In this document: positions 46,619 to 59,079 of the stretch, one piece after another
How positions within the stretch are numbered: the stretch's first letter is position 1
Layout of the letters: each line of letters starts with the position of its first letter
From: Cyanophora paradoxa CCMP329
Taxonomy: Eukaryota > Plantae > Glaucophyta
Reading direction: 5' to 3'
DNA: 64,000 bases
Assembly: GCA_004431415.1 (NCBI GenBank)
Contig: QPMI01000560.1
Span: 1 to 64,000 of the forward strand
Translations under genes and position numbers: made by a program
Notes under the pieces: model-generated
What the model saw: the letters and a program-made list of their open reading frames with translations, nothing else
Databases searched by the model: none
What the model was told of the DNA's origin: nothing

Positions 46619-48044
46619 ATGGATCGGCCGGCGTCGGCGAACCGCCCGCGTTCGGCAACGTCGCGTGCGCGGCCGCAGAGCGCCCGCCCAGCAGCTGCAA
46701 CGGCCCTGGCGCCCTTGCACGAGCCGCGCAGCCCGCAGGAAATCATTGCGGCCTCCAAGAATGCGTCCCCCGAAGCAGTCGCGGCCGCTCTGCGCGGGCA
46801 GAGCTACCCCGCGGAGATCCAGGCATCAATTTTGGCTGCGATCTATCCCACCGGCACGGAGGCGGCGCTCGCGGCGTGCCTCAAGGGTTTGCAGCTGCCC
46901 GGCTACAAGCTGGCGGCCGTGCTCGGCTGCTGGCTCGAGGAGCACTCGCACGTCGACATCCCGACCGTGCTCTCCGCGATGCAGGCGACGCCGGCCGAGC
47001 TCGCGGCGGTGCGCGCGTGCCCGTAATCCAAGTGCCTGGCCCCGTCTCACGCGCGCGCGCCCCTCAGATCCTAGGAGAGATGTTGGAGATGAGCAACGAG
47101 GTCAGTGCCCCGCGGCCGAGATAGGGCGGTGCAGGCTGCAGCCACCGTCTTAAGCACTCTCGCAGGACCTCGCGGAGCTACTGGCGCAGATGCACCTCCC
47201 CCCCGCGGACCTGGGGACGCTCCTCTCGTGGCTGCCGGAGCCGGCGACGAACCGGGACCTGGGGGAGGTGCTGGGGGCGATGCTGGAGGCGGGAGCCCTC
47301 TCGGGGGACGACCTCGCCGAGGCCCTCTTCCACGTCGTCGACACCAGCACCGGCGAGCTCTGCAGGCCCGCCCGCTACCCCGCCCGCCCGCCCGCCCTCG
47401 TCCCGCGCGCAGCCTGGGCCCCCGCTGAGACGCGGGTGCGGGGGCGGCAGCTTCGAGGACACGAGCGCGGTGGTGGAGGGGATGCGGCTGCCGGACCCCG
47501 CGTACGCCGGCCTCGCGGGGCGCCTCTGCGAGACGGCCGAGGAGCTCGCGGAGCTGGCGCGCCCCGCCGGGCCCTCCCCCGAGCGCCTCGGCGCCCTCCT
47601 CGACGGCGCCTGCGCGAGCAACGCCGAGCGCGCCGCCTTCCTGCGCGCCCTCCCCGCCTCCCCGGCCCTCGCCGGCCGCGCCCTCAACGCCACCGCCGCC
47701 CTCTCCAACGCCGACGCCGCCGAGGCCCGCCCCGCCCCCTCCCCCTGCCGCGGCGTGCCCCTTGACGTGAGACAGGTGATGCGGGTGATGGGCCTCTCCG
47801 TGCCGGAGGGGATAGGCGCGTGCCTCGCGCAGCTCTCCGCCTGCTCCTCCGCCGACCTCGACGAGATCCTCGCCGCCCTCGCCCTCCCCCCGTGCGCCCC
47901 CCCGCCCCGCCCTCGCTGCCAGAGCCCGCTTCGTTCGATGCGAGCGCGCGCAGCGAGGCGGCGGGGGCGGTGCGGGCGGCGTCGCACGCCGCCGCGGCCC
48001 AGGAGCTCACCGCCGGCGCCGCCAGCATGCGCCTCTCCGGCTGA
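46619..48044 (+). CDS. Hypothetical alpha-helical repeat protein with N-terminal RPxSA motifs
   Basis: ATG 46619 MDRPASANRPRSATSRARPQSARP. In-frame short introns link helical segments (LAAVLG, LAAILGEML, LGTLLSWL, LGEVLGAML). TGA at 48044. Confidence 0.7.
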
Positions 48045-48219
48045 CCCTCGCCGTCGACCCCCTCTTTCCCAGCTTTTTCTTGTGTTCTTCTCGTGATTTT
48101 CTTTTTGAAAAGATAAGTTTCCACTGTAAAAAGATAATCTGCTAAAGCACGAAAGAGATGCGAGGAAGGGGCGGGGCGTGTGCTTCTAGATCTGGGGTGG
48201 GGCTGGGGCGGGGCTAGGC

Positions 48220-51200
48220 CTAGGGCTTGTAGATGCGGTGGGCGCCGGAGAGGCCCTCGTCGACGACGTCCTCGGGGCAGCAGACGAAAGTCAGCGTGTT
48301 CTCCCACGTGTGCGTCACCCCCTCCACCGCCGCCCGCCGCTCCGCCGCGAACGACGAGGAGCGCAGCGCCTGCAGCGGCGTCCGCTCGGGGTCCCGCCCG
48401 AACACCTCCCGCACGCTCGCGTCCTCCGCTGTACCCCAGGATTCAAAAATTCAAAAAACTGTGTGTGTGTGGGGGGGGGGTACGGGCGCGGACCGTGCTG
48501 GACGCGCTGGGCGAAGCGGCGGACGTCGTTGACGTCGCGGCCGACGAGGGAGGAGAGGAGGCGGGCGGCGTCGCGGTTGTTCAGGAGCTGCTGGATGCTC
48601 TTCGTGCGCAGGCGGTCCGTGCGCCACAGCAGGTCGAAGAGGAAGAAGCGCAGGTCCGACGCCTCGTAGATCTTGCAGTTCCCCTCCGCCACCACCGCCT
48701 GGAAGTGCCGCATCGCCGCCCCGGGGTCCGCCTCCAGCGCCAGCGCCTGCGACCGCCCGAAGTCCGCGACTGCCGTGGGCGGTCAGGGGGCGCGGAGGGG
48801 GCCGGGCGGGCGCAAGCGGGGCGGGGCGGACTCTTGACGAGGGGCACGGTGTGCATGTCGAGGACGAAGCAGAGGTGCTCGACCTTCTGCGCCGACTCCG
48901 CCAGCGGGTCCGCCTCGAACACGTACCGCAGGTACCGCTGCGCGCGAGGCTTCCAAGTTGGAAGGCTTCAAGGTTGGAAGAGGCGGGCGGGCGGGGACCT
49001 GGGTGAAGGGCTGGGTGGGCACGCTGGTCTCGATCTGCTCGCCGAAGAGGCGGCGGGGCTCCGGGTGGAACTGGAGGAGGACGTTGTGCGCCTTGAGGTC
49101 GTTGTGGTGGAAGCCGAAGCCGGCGGCGTGGTGCAGCGCCACGCAGATCTGGATCAGCACGCCCCGCAGCGCCGTGATGAACCCCTCCGGCTGCTTCTCG
49201 TTGAAGCACTCCAGGAACTGCGATGGAGGTCAGGGGTAGGGGTTGGGGGGTTGGGGGGGGGGGGGGGGGGTACCTGGGTGAGGTTCATGTCGACGCGGTC
49301 GATGATCTGGACCTGGGAGCAGTCGCGGGGGCAGAAGAACCAGTCGCGCAGGGGGATGAAGTTCGGCGTCGCCTTCTTCAGCCACTGCGCCGCATGCTTG
49401 AGTGGCGGGGGGAGGCAGAGGGGAGTGGGGTGCAGTCACGGACGTCGAGGGTGTTGAGGAGGCGGTTGATGCGGACCTCCTCGAGGTGCATCGGCTCCAC
49501 GTCCGCGTCTGCGGTACCCCCCGCCCCGTCAGCCCCGCCCCTGCGCGGGCGGGCGGGCGGGCGGAGGGGGGCGCACCGGGGCGCGCGGCCTGGCCCATCA
49601 CGTCCGGCGGCAGGTTCTTGGGCCGCTGCGCAGCGTCAGTCGGGCGGAGGGGCCGGGGCGCGGAGACGGCGCGCGCGGGCCTGGAGCTTGACGGCGAAGG
49701 GCCGCCCCTTGTAGCTGTACGCGAGGACGTGGCTGAAGCCGCCCCTGCGCCCCGCCCCGCTCGGGAAGGGATGAAAGAAAAGGGGCTAAAAGGGGCGGAC
49801 CGGCCGAGCTGGCGGCCCTCGTCGGTGAAGCCGAGCTGGCGAAGGGCGTCGGCGGGCCCCAGCGAGGGGAACGGCGCCCGCTCCTCCCGCCGCAGCTCCC
49901 GCCGCTTCATCAGGTCCCGGTACAGGTTCGCCCCCCGCGGCCAGAGCGCCGCCGTGCGCGGGTCGCTGCTGTCGAACTCCGAGGCCGGGCGGAACGGGCG
50001 CAGCGCGTAGTGGAAGCCGCGCCAGGCGAGCAGCTGCCGGCGCGCCGCGTCCCGCAGCCCGGGGTCCAGGCCCGTCCACCCGCCCGGGGCCGTCGAGGCG
50101 CTCGCGGCGGAGGCGGCGGAGGCGGCGATGGGGTAGCGGTCCTTGTCGAAGAGGAGGAGGGCGAGGGGCTTGCGGGAGGGGGTGCGGACGGCCCAGCGGT
50201 CGCGCTTCTCGGGGTCGTACATGGCGACCTCGCGGTCGAAGGCGGATGCGGAGAGGCCGACGGCGTAGACGAGCAGCGTACAGGGGAGCGTGCGCTCCGC
50301 CTCGCCGGCGTGCACGCTGAAGGCGTAGCGGGAGGCCTCGAGGAAGCGGTCGAGGCAGAGCTCGCGCCGCTCGACGCCCAGGTCCCACCACCCCTCCTTC
50401 GCCTTCCCCGCCGCCGCCGCCATCGCCTCTGGCCAGACCCCCTCCGCCGCCTTGAGCGCGCGCCGCATCGCCCGCCCGCTCGCCGTGAGGCCCTGCCCCG
50501 GCGGGAGGACGAGGGTGGCCGTCGCGGCGCCCGCCTTGCCGGCGCCGCTGACGTGGAGGTACGAGTGCACGTCCGCCCCGTCGGGGCTCTCGCACACGCG
50601 GAAGTCGGTGTGGCGGACGCCCCCGCCCACGGCCTGCTGCTGCTGCTGCGCCTGGCCGGCGCCGGCGTGCAGGGCGAGGAGGAAGCGGCGGGCGGTGCCG
50701 AGCTCGTCCCGCGACAGGCTCCGGAAGTGCTCCGGCCGCACAGACGCCACCAGCCGCGCCACCGCCTTGGCCCGGTCCGCCGGCAGCGACGCCGCCGGCT
50801 TCGCCCCGGGCGGCCGGGCCGGGAACGCCGCCGGCAGCCTCGCCTCGGGCAGCGACTTCGCGTGCGCCGCTGCCGCCGACGGCTGCGCCGGCGCCGGCGC
50901 CGCGGCGGCCGGCTGCGGGTGGGGCTGGGAGGCGGCGCGGGCGGCGGGGACGGTGGGCGCGGCGTGCGCGGGGGCGTGCGGGCGGCGACCTTGGCCCCTG
51001 TAGGATCTGGTTGAGGGCGTTGGCCGGCAGCTGCTCCCGCCCCGGCGGCGGGGCGGCGGGGGCCGGCCCGCCGACGCGCCCCGCCAGGTCCCGGTTCCCC
51101 TCAGCGGCGTCCCAGTAGGGCGAGGAGCTGGCGCCCATCCCCGCGGGGGCGTCCCCGCCCCCCCGGCCCCGCTGCCCCACGTCCGACTGGGAGTGGGGCA

Positions 51201-53223
51201 TGCGGCGGGGCGGGGCGGAGGCGGCGGAGGGGAGGGAGCCGGGCTGGGGGGCCCCGGGGGCCCCGGCCGGCTCGGAGAAGATGGAGTCGTTGCGGATGGC
51301 GGTGAGGGCGGAGCCGAGGGCGGAGGTGCCCTTGCCCACCAGGTCCCGCGCCATCGAGAAGAGCGACGGCGAGGCCGGGCTGCCGCCCTCCGCCGCCGCC
51401 CCGCCCCGCCGCGGGCTCAGGAACTCGAACATCGTCTGCTCCTCCTGCGCCGCCCCGCCCCGCGTCGGCCCCCGGCGCGCGGCTGGCGGCGCGCGGCCGG
51501 CGGCGGGCGACCGGCGGGGACGGCACCTTGACGATGTGCCGCGGCGCCGCCGCCGGCTCCGCGTGCTGCCGCCGGGCCGGCAGGTGCGCCGCCGCCGGTG
51601 CCGAAGTGGGGCCGTCCGTCGAGTCGCGCTCGCCGAGCAGCTGCGCGCGGTGTGGGCCGACCCGAAGCGGCCCGGGGCGGCCTGGGGGGGGGGGGGGGGG
51701 GGCGGCGCGGCGCACGGCAGTGAGGGAGGCGATCTGCTGCTGCAGGTCCCCGACCTGCCGCTGCAGCGCCGCTTTCTCCTGCGCCCCGCCCCGGCTCAGG
51801 TGCGCCCCGCCAGGGGGCGGAGCGGACGGGGCGCGCGCCTTGGCGGCCTCCTCCTGGAGGAGCCGCATCTGCTCCTTAAGCGGCTTGAGCTGCTTGTTGT
51901 CGAGCTCCAGCGCATCCATCTTGCCTATCGTCTCCGCGCACTGCCCGGCCCGCCGCGTGGGCGGGCGGCCGGCGCAGCGAGGCGCCCCTGGGGGCGCGCA
52001 CCTTCTCCCAGGCGAGCTTCTCGAGGCGCTTGCGCTCCTCGATCTCGTTCCTCAGGTCGCCGACCTCCTGCCGCAGCGCCTCGTTCTCCGTCGCCAGCCG
52101 CCGCTCCGCCCCCGGCGGGTCCACCAGCGCCGGCAGCGGCACCCCGCCTCCGCCCCCGGTCCGCAGCTGCTCCCGCAGCTGCGCGTTCTGCTCCTTCTCC
52201 AGCCGCAGCTCCTGGCGCGCCTGCGCGGGCGTGAGGCGGGCGGGGCGGGGCGGGGCGAGCGGGCGGCGGGGCGCGCACGCGCTGCAGCTCGGAGCGGAGG
52301 GTGTCAATGGTGGCGTCGAGCGCATCGACGCGCTCGTCCACCCGTCGTGCCCCGCCGGGTGGCGAAGGCGACCGGCCCGGCGTGCTCAGCGGGACCGCCC
52401 GCGGCGCCGCCCGCGGGGTCGCCTTCGGGTGCCCCGCCCACCGAGGCCAGCAGCATCGCCTCGTCCGGCGAGGGCGGCGCCGGCGGAGCGACGGGCGGCG
52501 GCGGCGCTTGCCTCGCGCTCCCGGGCAGCGCCCGGTGCGGCGTCTGCATGGCCGCCGGCGCGGCCCGCGAGGCCGCGCTGGCGGGGGCCGAGGTGGAGGC
52601 CAGCAGGTTGTCGATGTGGCCCATCACGTTGTCGACGCCGGAAACTAGCGAGGTCGAAGAGCGCTCGTCTGTGGGAGACGGCGCTTTTGCTGGGGTGGGC
52701 AGCGCCAGGGGCGCCGCCAGAGGTGCCGTGGTGGGAGCGGCCAGCGGTGCCGTCCCGGCAATCGATGCCGAAGCTGTAGGCTGCAGCAGCGGGGCGACAG
52801 CTGGATCGAGCGGGGCGTCTCTCGGTGCCGCCGTACTCGCTGGCGGGAGAGTATGGGCTCTTGTGGACGTTGAGGGTTCGTGTGATGGTGCGGGCCATGC
52901 GGGCGTCGGCGACGTGCCTGCACGCATCGGGAATGTAAGCAGAGGAGCTCGTGCACCGGCGCGCAGGCGCTCGCTACCTCTAGAACCAGTGCTGGCGGTT
53001 GCGCTGTCGTGGGCAGCGGCCGGCGCATCGGCCGGTGCCGTTCGCTGCGGCGGGAGCAAGGGACGATCTACATCCGAAGCCTGCTCGGGCCTGATGGGCG
53101 CAAGGAGGGGCGGCTCGATGAGCTCGGTTGTCCCTGTCTTCGAGACGAGGACGAACTCTGCGCAGCGCGTAACGACAAAGCGAGCGCTGCGGCGCACGGC
53201 GACGGACCTTCTGGCGCGCTCAT
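48220..53223 (-). CDS. Large coiled-coil protein with C-terminal atypical protein kinase domain
   Basis: Start MSAPE|EFVLVSK; coiled coil ~51720-52345. Kinase motifs LGRGGFSHV, FAVK, HLEEVRIN, PNFI, LIQICVALHHA..FHHNDLKAHNVLL, VK|IADFGRS. Stop at 48220. Confidence 0.85.
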
Positions 53224-53440
53224 CTTTGAGTGATGGGGGGACGAGCTCGCGCCGGGTACAAACGCAACGGATGACCCTTCGCCGCGCAAAATGCGCAGGA
53301 TATCGATGCCGCGGCCGTATACGTGCCACGGTGCGCTTTACGACGGTGCGCTAGGTGCAACCGCGGCCGCTTACTCGGGCTCAACAGTACACGCTCATGT
53401 ACACAACGTTAACATCAGGCGGCCCCGAAAACGAGGAGGA

Positions 53441-55610
53441 CTAGGGCTGCGACGGGGCAGGCGAGACTTCGCCCTCCCCCGGATCCTTATCCGGGGGCAC
53501 CTGGCCCACGACGCGGGCTGTGGGAAGGGCCCGGGCCACGGCCGCCCGCGCGGCGCCCCACACGCCCCCGCCTCCACTATCTTCCAGCACGTTCGTCAGG
53601 CGGACCTGCGGCCGCCTCAACTGCTAGCCGCGTTGACGGCGGCCGGGGACGGACGCGGACCGTCATCCCTAGATCTCCCAGAGAGCAGGCGGCGAAGGCG
53701 GACAGGCCGTCCAGCTCGGCGATGGCCGAGGCGTCAACGTTGACGGCAAGGTCGAGTCTGCGGAGCGGGGCGGCCGCAAGCGCCGCAGCGGTCTTCGCGG
53801 GGCGGCCGGGCGCGAGGTCAACATCCAGAACGAGAGCGAGGCGCCCGCGGGCCGCAACGGCCAGCCGCTTGAGCGCCGGCAGCAGCTCCTCAGCCAGCGC
53901 CCGGCCTTTCGTGTCGTGATCATGAGTGTTGGGGGCCATAGTTTTGATCATGAGTGTTGAAAAGGGGCACGCACAGCAGGTAAGCTCGAGGAAGTTCAGC
54001 GAGGATGAGCGCTCGAAGGCAGTCGCGAGGCCATTCAGGCGGGCGGCGAGGCCTTCTTCGGCAAGCAGGACCACCCGCTCCAGGCTCTTGAGCGCCGGGA
54101 GGGACCCCAGCGCCGCCAGGTCCTCCTCGCCCACCTCTGAGTCAACCTGAGGGCCAGGCGGGGATCCCAGAGTCTGTCGGGGCGAGGCAGTCGAGGCGCG
54201 GGCAGAAGTGGGTCGGGGGGTACGGACGTAGGAGACGGGGTGCGCCCGGAGGTGCTGGAGGGCGGGCAAGCGCCCAAGGGCGCGCAGGCCCGCGGAGTTG
54301 AGCACCGCCACATTCGGGCCTTCCGACAGGTTCACCACGACTCTGAGCCTAGGGCTCGCGCGGTCGGCCGGGCGCAAGAGCAGTGTGGGGCGGCCGTGGG
54401 GGCAGCCGGCGCGCGCACTTCTTTAGAGAGAGGGCGGCGGGGCCGGAGGCGAGGTCCTCAAGAAGAGACGCCAAGGAGCAAAATCCGTGGATGTCCGCGT
54501 TCGACAAGTCCGTTGCATCGAGGCGCTCGAGTGCGGGGAAGGCGCCCGCCGCTTTGAGAACTGTCCCGCCGTCCTCGCGATCGTACTGTACTCTCAGCTG
54601 CGACACAGAATGAGCCGGAGTCGACGGAGAGAGGCTGTAACGAATTCGTACCCGCTTGAGGCGGGGAAGGCTCTGGGCAAGGGCTTCCGCGGCGAGGGCT
54701 TCCGCTGCGGGCCGGCCGGGGAAGCAGCAGAGAATGTCGAGGGAGAGGCTCTCGAGGTTCGGGAAGGTCAAGCGCCGGCTGCAGGGGTTGACCCCGAGGG
54801 AGACGTAGTCGCCGTCTTCACCGGTGTCGCCCCACAGTGTGAGGCTGCGGAGGGAGGGACAGGCTGCGGCGTCCGGCGCCACGAGGGCTTCGAAGATTTC
54901 GCGCAGGCAGTCGCCCGAGGCGCACGAGCAGTCCAGTTCGACCTCGCCCAGGCCGCCGTCACCGGCGCCGCTCGCCGCGCCGGCCGCGGCCGAGAACGCC
55001 GTGAGGAGGAGGAGAGTTGACCGCCACGCTTCGCTGAAACCATCCTCCGTGGCGGGCGAGATTTGCAGGCTTAGCGACGCTCCGGGGGCGACGCGGATGC
55101 GCCGCCCGCCCACGCGGGCATCGCTCGCCTGGCACCGAGCCACAAGCCAGCGCGTGACCTCCGAGCGCGCAGCGTCCAACTGATCCAACCGGCTCCAGCT
55201 CAGGCCCTGGGCGCCGAGCAGAATGCCCGCCAGCTCGTCTGCGCGCTCTGGGCAGAGCGCAATGTCCAGCCAGCGCCAGCGGATCTCATCGACCGCGTTG
55301 CGCCAGCGGCGGCACACGGCACGCGCGGCCGCCGCGTCCTGCAGGCCCACCCACTCGATGATGTACGAAAGGATCACGTCTGGCAGCTGGTCGAAAATCG
55401 ATGTTGGTGCCGCTGCAGCTTCTGCATCTTCCTCCGCTGCAATCTCTCCGGCATGTGGGTCTGCAGCCACCCTCCTGCGCTTGCGAGGTCCAGAAGCCTC
55501 CGCCGTGAGCTCTGTGTCCGGAGCTCCGTCCAGCAGAGATGCGACCGCGTCCGCAAGCGTGCGCTCGGCGCTCCTCTGCGCGTACTTCGTGGGCCGCTCG
55601 TGTACATCTG
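53441..55610 (-). CDS. F-box/LRR-like protein, paralog 2 (start codon not resolved)
   Basis: IFDQLPDVILSYII..AAAARAVCRRWR..IRWRWLDI, IRVAPGASL, CPSLRSLTL, FPNLESLSL, LASGPAALSLK, LAALGSLPALKSL. Colinear with paralog 1; ends ARALPTARVV..SQP*. Confidence 0.78.
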
Positions 55611-56699
55611 CACGTTTGCTTCAGGACAGCCGCAGCGCCGACCTTTCGAAACCGTTTACAAACCTGGAGGCAACACAACGCAACACGCCTTCATGCCACT
55701 GGCGTCGCAGCGGCGGTGTAGCTGTGGTGTAGTGGACCAAACAATTCCGTGGACCATCAAATTTTTTTGGTCCGCGTTTTTGATCCATCTTCGAGTAAAT
55801 GCGTAGCCCGACACAAAGAGGGGGATTGTGTGACGGGAGGGCGAGCCCTGCACGGGTAGCAGCGCATAGAACCGCGTGGGGCAGCGCACCCATTTGCATG
55901 CCGAACCAGGCCTGGCGCGCAGTAGCGGCGGCAACATCCGGGCCTGAATTTCGAAGTCGATCTGAACTCGAGCACTCGCGATCGTGGCACCGACTGATCT
56001 CTAGATCTAGCTGCGCCCTGTCGTCAGTCGGTGCCCTGTCGACGTCGTCTTCGCCCGCGTGCCACATCGCGATCGATATCTAGCCTCTAGCTATGCTCGG
56101 GCTGCGAATCCGCAGCAGCCCGCACGCGCAGCAGCCCGTCCGCCGCGCACGAGCGCAATATCAAGCGCGAGCTCGAGCCTGCGTGCAGCAGCAGGCAGAG
56201 CATGCGCAGACGCGAGTGTGCGCGCTAGCTCCGAGGCTCCACGATCGATTCCACACACAGGGCTCGCTCGCGCTATAGCAATAGCTAGCGCTAGCGAAGC
56301 TGCATGCGCAGCTAAGATCGACGACGCCTGCGCCGACAGCTGCAAAGAAGCGCAGGCGGCCGCCAAAGCGAACGTCAACATCAAGGTCTTCACGCGCAGG
56401 CTATAGCTAGGTGTGCAAAGGCGTTAACGTTCCATCAGGCCAGCGGCTGGCCCACGGGTCTTCTGGCGACGTTCCCCATGGCCAGCTCGGGCGGGCGCTT
56501 CTCTCCGCCGAGGAGATCTTCGAATTCCTAACAATCAAGGTGGGTCCCCATGCATATATATGTTACGCAAGCGGTCTAGTCTGCGTAACACTTTGTTACA
56601 CAAATGCGCAACACAATTGTTTCACGATGTGTCACACATTGCATCGATTTGCGTAACGTTTGCGTGACACAACGACGCAGCGGGAGCCCACCCCGGCTC

Positions 56700-57166
56700 G
56701 CGGCGGCCTCGCAGCGGCTCGCGAAGCCTCTGGAGCGCTTCCAAATCGACGTCAGCGGCGCCGTGTACGCCCCCCGGGCCCCGGCTCGTTCCCCCTGGCA
56801 TCGCCTCACCCCCCGCAGGGGCCTGGACGTGGGAGGCTCGACGGGCGGCTTCACGGACGTGCTGCTGGCGAGCGGCGCGCGGCGGGTCTACTCCGCTCGG
56901 ACGAGCGCGTCGTCATCCTCGAAAAGACGAACGCGCGGAGCCTCCCCCCCCCCGGAGCCTCTCCCCCGCCCTCCCTAACCCCGCCCTCAAGCTCCAGCTC
57001 GTCAACGTCGTCGTGTGCGCGGCCCCAGCCCCCCTCCGGAGCCCTCCCCTTCTCGGCTGAGGCCCGGCAGGTGCGACGCGTCGTTCATCGGGCTGGCGAC
57101 GGTGCTCCCGGCGGCGATGGCGCTGGGCGCCGACGGCTGCCACCTGGTGGCCCTCATCAAGCCGGG
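56700..57166 (+). pseudogene. tlyA: Captured fragment of a TlyA/hemolysin-A-like FtsJ rRNA 2'-O-methyltransferase gene inside the transposon
   Basis: LAKPLERFQIDVSGA|GLDVGGSTGGFTDVLLASGARRVY, DERVVILEKTNARSL, CDASFIGLATVLPAAMAL..LVALIKP. Retains spliceosomal-type introns. Lacks the VDVG..GQL segment and both termini. Confidence 0.82.
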
Positions 57167-59079
57167 CAAGGGCCACGGCCCCTGCCCCCGCGCCAGCCCC
57201 CCGGGTCGCGGCCCCCGCCCCCGCGCCGGCGCCATCCCCCCGGCCGGTTGTGCGGGAGGCTCGGCGGGCGGAGGCTAGGCTCGGCGGGCGGCACCGCGGC
57301 TCGCCGGGCCGCGCCGCGGCTCGCCGGGCGGCGCCGCGGCTCGCCGGGCGGCGCCTCGGCTCGCCGGGCGGCGCCGTGGCGCCGCGGGCGGCTCCGTGTC
57401 TCGTCGCATGGGGCGGCGGCGTGGTCACCGGGTGGGCGGTGGCGGGGCTCGCGGGCGGGAAGGAGGCGCGGCGGGCGGCCGGCGCCGCGGCTCGCCAGGC
57501 GGTGTGTGAGGCTCGGCGTCTGGCGGCGCGGCTTGCCGCACGTTAACGTTGTATACGTACATGCATATGGCGATGTTCAAGAGTAACATAGGGGACACGT
57601 CACAGCTCGCTTCGTCCGGACTTCCCCGGCCTCCGGCGGAGTCAACCAGCTTTGGAGATAGCTAGCGGAGTGTTTCAGGACTGACAGAGCCGTAACCGCA
57701 AGCAGCAACGTTGGGGCACGGTGGCGGGCCGGGGCATGGTGGGGCACGTCGACGTCCGGGCACGGCCGCATGGTGGGGCACGTAGGGGCATGGCCGCAAG
57801 TAACATGTACTATAGCTAGTATCCTTAGGGGACACGTCACAGCGTTGCAATTAGGGAACGGTGGCGGGGTATGATGCATATGGGGCACGTCGGGGCAATT
57901 TCGTTCCAACAAGCGATGCCCAGTGAATGAGTGATATCGATCATGATATATAAGGCTTGTTCAAGTTTAAGCCTTTGTAAATTATATGCAATATGCATGC
58001 CATGATGCTGTTATATATATTCAGTGGTAATGGAGTCACCCACCGTGGCACCGAGGTCACTGAGTCAGCTTTCATGATGACAGAAACGGATCATCGGATG
58101 AGGTTCAGTTGTCAGGTTTCAAGTTTGAGAACTCGTCAGACGTTTTTCCGGCCTCGTACGGGCAAGGGTAATTTGCGAGTCCCGACCTTTTTATATATCC
58201 TGAAAGCCCCTTTAATTGTCGTTCTCATGATATCATCTGATCTCATACACCTAATTTCCATCCAAAGATATGCAGTCCGGAACTTTCGGAAAGAATCGAG
58301 TACGTACTGATGCCATGATGTGGATGGCATATGGTGCCCTGGTCTCGCTCTGGTCATCCCCCTCAGGGCCTAGCGCTCGGCGCCCCCGGCTGATTTTAAA
58401 GATTCTGAATCGCCGATGCAGGCGCTCCGATGCAGGCGCGGGGCCCGTCCTGGCGAGAACGGGCGCAGTTCCGCGGGCCCATCCCCTCATGTGCCCCCCT
58501 CACTCCCTCGAGGCGAGCCTTTTGTCTCGCGCCGCTCAGAGGACGCCGGTTCGAATCCGGACCGGAACTACCGAACCCGCTTCAAATCCCGGAGAAACCC
58601 CGACCTCGGGGCCCCGCAAGGGGTACCGAACTCCTGGTCCCAACACGGCCAAGCATAGGAGCCATCAAGCAAGCAACTAGGACCGTGCAACTGGGTACAT
58701 CATGCCGAAGACTCACGACTGTGGACACACGCATCTTCAGCTGCGGCCCCATTGGAGGCTCCAGAGGATTATGTCTGAAGGGTACAATCAGCTCTGGGAG
58801 AACTGGCTCGGCAAGACCGGACACATAGTTAGTTGGACTACGACGTACCCGCTCACAGTAGTAGAGTAGCCCTCGTGCCGGTGGATGTGACGGACGGTGG
58901 GGTGGTGTGCATGTAAGGAATGACACCACAAACTTCAAAAAAAAGCGAGCCTTTTGTCTCGCGCCCGGCGGCCCCGGCTCATCTTATAGATTCTGAATTT
59001 GGGTTTAATACACGTCGTTTCTGTGTAATTCCGATGCATGCGCGGGGCCCATTCTGGGGAGAACGGGCGCGTCCGCCCC

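Noticed and set aside
58701-58868. 55-codon ORF (MPKTHDCGH...) in the transposon core as a possible transposase remnant
   Set aside because: Too short, with no DDE, integrase or zinc-finger motif.
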